Positions 60,659 through 64,000 of a stretch of 64,000 nucleotides of DNA are shown piece after piece (positions within the stretch are counted from its first letter, which is position 1; the number at the start of each line of letters is the position of its first letter). Made by a program: the position numbers and the translations under genes. This DNA is from a virus (lineage: Duplodnaviria; Caudoviricetes): positions 18,210 to 82,209 of IMG/VR virus record IMGVR_UViG_3300035396_000186, one strand, 5' to 3'. Below the pieces are notes generated by a model. The model searched no databases and was not told the origin of the DNA. It saw only the letters and a program-made list of their open reading frames with translations.

Positions 60659-61741
60659 ATGCGTTTATCACATAGTTCAGTTTCTTGTTTTCAAGAATGT
60701 GCTAAGAAGTATCATTATAGATATGTTGAGAAGTTATTCCCTAAAACTACACATGCAGCTTTATTATTCGGTTCTGCTCTAGATAAAGCAGTTGAGATTC
60801 TTTTACAAACATCAAGCTATGATAAAGCTAAAATTAAGTTTATTGAAATGTGGAATAGACAGGAGATCAATAAGGTTCCCGAATCTTTACAAGAGAATAC
60901 TAAAATAGTATATGCTAATTCAGATTTTGATTGGGATTTATTAAGTAAAGAAGATGCAGATTTTTTAAGTACATATACTAAAGATGATATAGTAGCCGCA
61001 TATAATTCAGCTAGTACACAAAAAGATGCAATTGGTTATGATCTTTTAAAAAAAGAACTCAAGGTTTTCTTTAATGTTGCTAATTGGCTTTGTCTTAAGA
61101 ATAAAGGTTTGCTAATGCTGGAATCTTTCGATAAGTATATAATGCCAAATATTGAAAAAGTATTTGCAACACAAGTTCCCATTGAATTAATGAACACTGA
61201 CGGTGATAATATTATTGGTTATGCAGACTTCGTTGTTAAATGGAAGAATGAAGAGAATCCAATTATATTCGATTTAAAGACTAGTAGTCGTGAATATGAC
61301 AAGGATTCAGTACTATCAAGTCCACAATTAACTTTGTATACACATACATTAGGTGAAACATATAAAACTAGAAAAGCTGGGTTTATAGTATTAAATAAAC
61401 ATATACGAAAGAATAAAACTAAAGTATGTTCAGTTTGTGGATTTGATGGATCAGGTCAAAGACATAAGACTTGTAGTAATGAAGTTGAAGGTAAACGATG
61501 CGGCGGAGAATGGATTGAAACTATTAAGCCTGAAGTGTATATACAAGTATTGATAAATGATATCTCTGATAGACTAGAAGAGATTATGCTAGAGAATTAT
61601 AATATGATTAATGATAGTATTAAGAGTGGTATATTCCCTAGATCCTTTACAAGTTGTAAACAGGGGTATGGTCTTTGTCCTTATTATGACGTATGTTATA
61701 AAAACAATTGTGACAAGATGATTAAGATGGAGGATAAATGA
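60659..61741 (+). CDS. PD-(D/E)XK (RecB/Cas4-like) exonuclease
   Basis: LSHSSVSCFQECAKKY, GYAD, IFDLKT, QLTLY, C-terminal CxxxxxxCPYYDVC; inserted CSVC...HKTC...C zinc motif. Confidence 0.85.
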   Translation: MRLSHSSVSCFQECAKKYHYRYVEKLFPKTTHAALLFGSALDKAVEILLQTSSYDKAKIKFIEMWNRQEINKVPESLQENTKIVYANSDFDWDLLSKEDADFLSTYTKDDIVAAYNSASTQKDAIGYDLLKKELKVFFNVANWLCLKNKGLLMLESFDKYIMPNIEKVFATQVPIELMNTDGDNIIGYADFVVKWKNEENPIIFDLKTSSREYDKDSVLSSPQLTLYTHTLGETYKTRKAGFIVLNKHIRKNKTKVCSVCGFDGSGQRHKTCSNEVEGKRCGGEWIETIKPEVYIQVLINDISDRLEEIMLENYNMINDSIKSGIFPRSFTSCKQGYGLCPYYDVCYKNNCDKMIKMEDK

Positions 61742-62319
61742 TTAGAGTTTCTTTAGACTTGGAAATGAATCAAGAACCTACAGGTGGAACTCCGATTATT
61801 CAAGTTGGAGCTTGTATCTTTAATAGTGAGACAGGAGAGATCATCGATAAGTTTGACCAGTATGTTAAAAGTAAAACAATTATTACTCCGTATATAAATA
61901 ACTTATGTGGGATACATCAAAGACATATTGATGCTGCTCAAGAACTAAATAGAGTATATTGGGATTTCGTAGAGTTTATGCAGAAACATCCTAAGTGTAT
62001 TAGACAACTAGTAACATGGGGAGGCGGAGATAGAGCTGAACTAAAGAAACAATTGATCGATTGGTATGTTGACAATGAAGGATGTTATATTGAGGAGCTA
62101 TGGAAATTGGGTTATACTGAAATGAATGTAAAGAATATACATCAATACTTAAGAGAGAAAGAAGGTAAGTCGACTCAAGGAGGATTAGCTAGGTCAATGC
62201 TAAAATATGGTCTTCAGTTTGAGGGAACTAAACATAATGCATTGGATGATTCAATCAACACTGCAAAAATATATTGTCATATGTTAAATCATGTTGACAT
62301 TAAAAAACTATTAAGTTAG
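61738..62319 (+). CDS. DEDDh 3'-5' exonuclease
   Basis: SLDLEM, TWGGGD, HNALDDS. Confidence 0.85.
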   Translation: MIRVSLDLEMNQEPTGGTPIIQVGACIFNSETGEIIDKFDQYVKSKTIITPYINNLCGIHQRHIDAAQELNRVYWDFVEFMQKHPKCIRQLVTWGGGDRAELKKQLIDWYVDNEGCYIEELWKLGYTEMNVKNIHQYLREKEGKSTQGGLARSMLKYGLQFEGTKHNALDDSINTAKIYCHMLNHVDIKKLLS

Positions 62320-62338
62320 AATTAGGAGAGGTGAATAT

Positions 62339-62551
62339 ATGGCTAAGAAAAATTCAGAAGAAAATAAAGTAATATGTAATGACCATGCATATGGAATTGT
62401 ATATGCCGAAGGGTCTTATTTAATTGTAAAGATAGACTTTAACTTTGAACAAGAATCAATGGGTAAAGTATCAGTACAAAAGAAGATTGCAAATAAGTAT
62501 GATGCACAACAGTATTTTAAGATTATGTTAGCTAATGATGATGTAGTATAG
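62339..62551 (+). CDS. Hypothetical protein
   Basis: GGAGAGG RBS. Confidence 0.5.
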   Translation: MAKKNSEENKVICNDHAYGIVYAEGSYLIVKIDFNFEQESMGKVSVQKKIANKYDAQQYFKIMLANDDVV

Positions 62552-62571
62552 ATTTTATTGAAGGAGAATAT

Positions 62572-63144
62572 ATGGCTGCAAGAAAAAGTTTTAAATTAAA
62601 ATCTGGTATTGAGTTACCATTGATGGATCTTCGAGGAAAAGAATATCTACAAGTTGCTCATAGATTTGTATGGCTTGTTGATGAATTTGAAAATTATTCA
62701 ATCAATAGCGAATTTCTTAAACTTGAAGATGAACAAGCTGTTTGTCGAACAACTATTAAGTTAATGGATAAAGACGGAAAGATAATTAGAGAAGCTAGTG
62801 CTACAAAAAAAGAAACGAAGAAAGACTTCGCTGATTTTGTAGAGAAGGCAGAAACTGGGAGCTGTGGAAGATGTTTAGCAATGCTAGGCATGGGAACACA
62901 ATTCAGTACACAAGATATGGAAGAAGGTCAAAGATTAGCAGATGCTCCTCTTCCTCCTCCTGGTGAACAAGCTAAAGCTGATGCATATCAAATTAAAGAA
63001 AGTAAAAGTGAAGCAAGTAAAGTAGAAGATAAAGTCGAATCGAAACCTGAAGTGAAACCTGAGAGAAAAGGATTTGCTCGCAAGTCACCTCCTGCTCAAC
63101 CAGCAGCGTCAACTCCTCCTTCAAACGATGATGGTTGGCAATAA
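62572..63144 (+). CDS. Single-strand annealing protein (Rad52/Sak-like)
   Basis: GKEYLQVAHRFVW, EKAETGSCGRCLAMLGMG, acidic/Pro C-tail; next to exonucleases. Confidence 0.6.
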   Translation: MAARKSFKLKSGIELPLMDLRGKEYLQVAHRFVWLVDEFENYSINSEFLKLEDEQAVCRTTIKLMDKDGKIIREASATKKETKKDFADFVEKAETGSCGRCLAMLGMGTQFSTQDMEEGQRLADAPLPPPGEQAKADAYQIKESKSEASKVEDKVESKPEVKPERKGFARKSPPAQPAASTPPSNDDGWQ

Positions 63145-63151
63145 GGAATAC

Positions 63152-63187
63152 ATAGCTAGTTCTTAGGAATGGGACTAGCTATTTTTT
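63152..63187 (+). terminator. Rho-independent terminator
   Basis: ATAGCTAGT/ACTAGCTAT stem then T-run. Confidence 0.7.
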
Positions 63188-63339
63188 ACTATGAAGACAG
63201 ATAATTTATTAGATTTATTTTTGTTGATATTTTTAGCAGGTTCTTTAGGAATGTTTATTGGATTAGCAATACGTTCTACTTTTCCTGATGTATTTCGAGG
63301 TGAACCTATTATCTATAGTATCTACATAGCTATAAGTAA

Positions 63340-63696
63340 ATGGATAAAAAAATGAAATTAAGAGAAGTACCAAACTATTTGACAGTTAAAGTTAGAATGG
63401 AATACTGGGATAGAGATCAGTATGTTTATTTTAATGGCGTAACATGGATTAATAAAGAAGGATATCCTATATCAGATTTTGTTTCGAAAGAAGCAGATAA
63501 TGATGGGTGGTACGAATATAAAGAGAAGTATATCGTTAGAGCAAAACGTATACTCGTTTGGATAAGATCACATTACGATGGACATGTTTATTGTAGTTTT
63601 GGATCAAAAGATTTTGTACCACTGCCAGGTGATACATTACTAAAAACTGAAGAAATAGAAAGAGAGTTTGAATTATGCGAATTGCAGAAGTCCTAG
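63340..63696 (+). CDS. Hypothetical protein
   Basis: ORF in plus-strand operon. Confidence 0.45.
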   Translation: MDKKMKLREVPNYLTVKVRMEYWDRDQYVYFNGVTWINKEGYPISDFVSKEADNDGWYEYKEKYIVRAKRILVWIRSHYDGHVYCSFGSKDFVPLPGDTLLKTEEIEREFELCELQKS

Positions 63697-63998
63697 TTCT
63701 ATTAACGTTAACAGGTTGTGCAGTTACTGCAGTTCCTTTAATGGTAAGTAATACTGCTGTAGGTATTGCTAATGCTCCAAAACCTGTAGCAACTCCTGAA
63801 TATACATTACTAAATGAATTAAGTATATGTGGTAGAGTTGAAGGTAACATAGGAGATAATGGAGTTGTACGATACAGTATTAAAGTATTTGGTAAGAAAG
63901 CTGATGTTGACGAGTTAAGTAATCTAAAGATAAATATATATGACCAACGAGGTAAGTCTCTAGATAAGGTAGACTGTGGAGATTATAAGGGTTTATGA
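63675..63998 (+). CDS. Putative lipoprotein
   Basis: Lipobox LTGC after hydrophobic N-terminus. Confidence 0.55.
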   Translation: MRIAEVLVLLTLTGCAVTAVPLMVSNTAVGIANAPKPVATPEYTLLNELSICGRVEGNIGDNGVVRYSIKVFGKKADVDELSNLKINIYDQRGKSLDKVDCGDYKGL

Positions 63999-64000
63999 AA

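Noticed and set aside
30-63850. Short opposite-strand ORFs in the track (e.g. 30..254, 1033..1314, 11030..11452, 13645..13848, 25392..25796, 31822..32247, 56259..56597, 62694..62891, 63536..63850)
   Set aside because: Shadow frames of well-supported genes, no RBS or motifs.
1-64000. tRNA/rRNA genes, integrase, reverse transcriptase/DGR, phage RNA polymerase, stop-codon recoding
   Set aside because: No such motifs recognised; long genes are intact under the standard code.

Overview
AT-rich (roughly 30% GC, estimated by eye) 64-kb segment of a tailed dsDNA phage genome with podovirus-like organisation: no tape measure or sheath gene is recognisable. Left arm (about 1-42.4 kb, minus strand) is the late/structural block: ClpP-like protease, M15 endolysin, terminase, portal, scaffold, major capsid, many fibre/decoration genes, tail tubular proteins and ejection proteins. 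It is interrupted by separately promoted accessory genes (RMD1/DUF155, CheY-like regulator) and a plus-strand cassette at 22.6-24.6 kb. Right arm (about 44.1-64 kb, plus strand) holds many small early ORFs, then DeoC, an antisense HD-GYP gene, a 5'-nucleotidase and a nuclease/exonuclease/annealing-protein module. The divergence region (42.4-45.1 kb) has four 21-bp-phased palindromic iterons, a C-rich/G-poor tract, three TTGCA-N3-TGCAA boxes and a PagP-like beta-barrel gene. It also has a sigma54-type promoter followed by a multi-hairpin leader that ends in a canonical type II hammerhead ribozyme (45002-45073), directly upstream of the early genes. Other notable signals are an unclassified ~250-nt structured RNA candidate at 54.07-54.32 kb, an octamer TAACAACT upstream of at least 11 minus-strand genes (candidate late promoter), and several apparently leaderless transcripts. 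Accessory gene content suggests a Bdellovibrionota/deltaproteobacteria-like host (inference). No database searches or folding programs were run; family calls rest on motifs recognised by eye.
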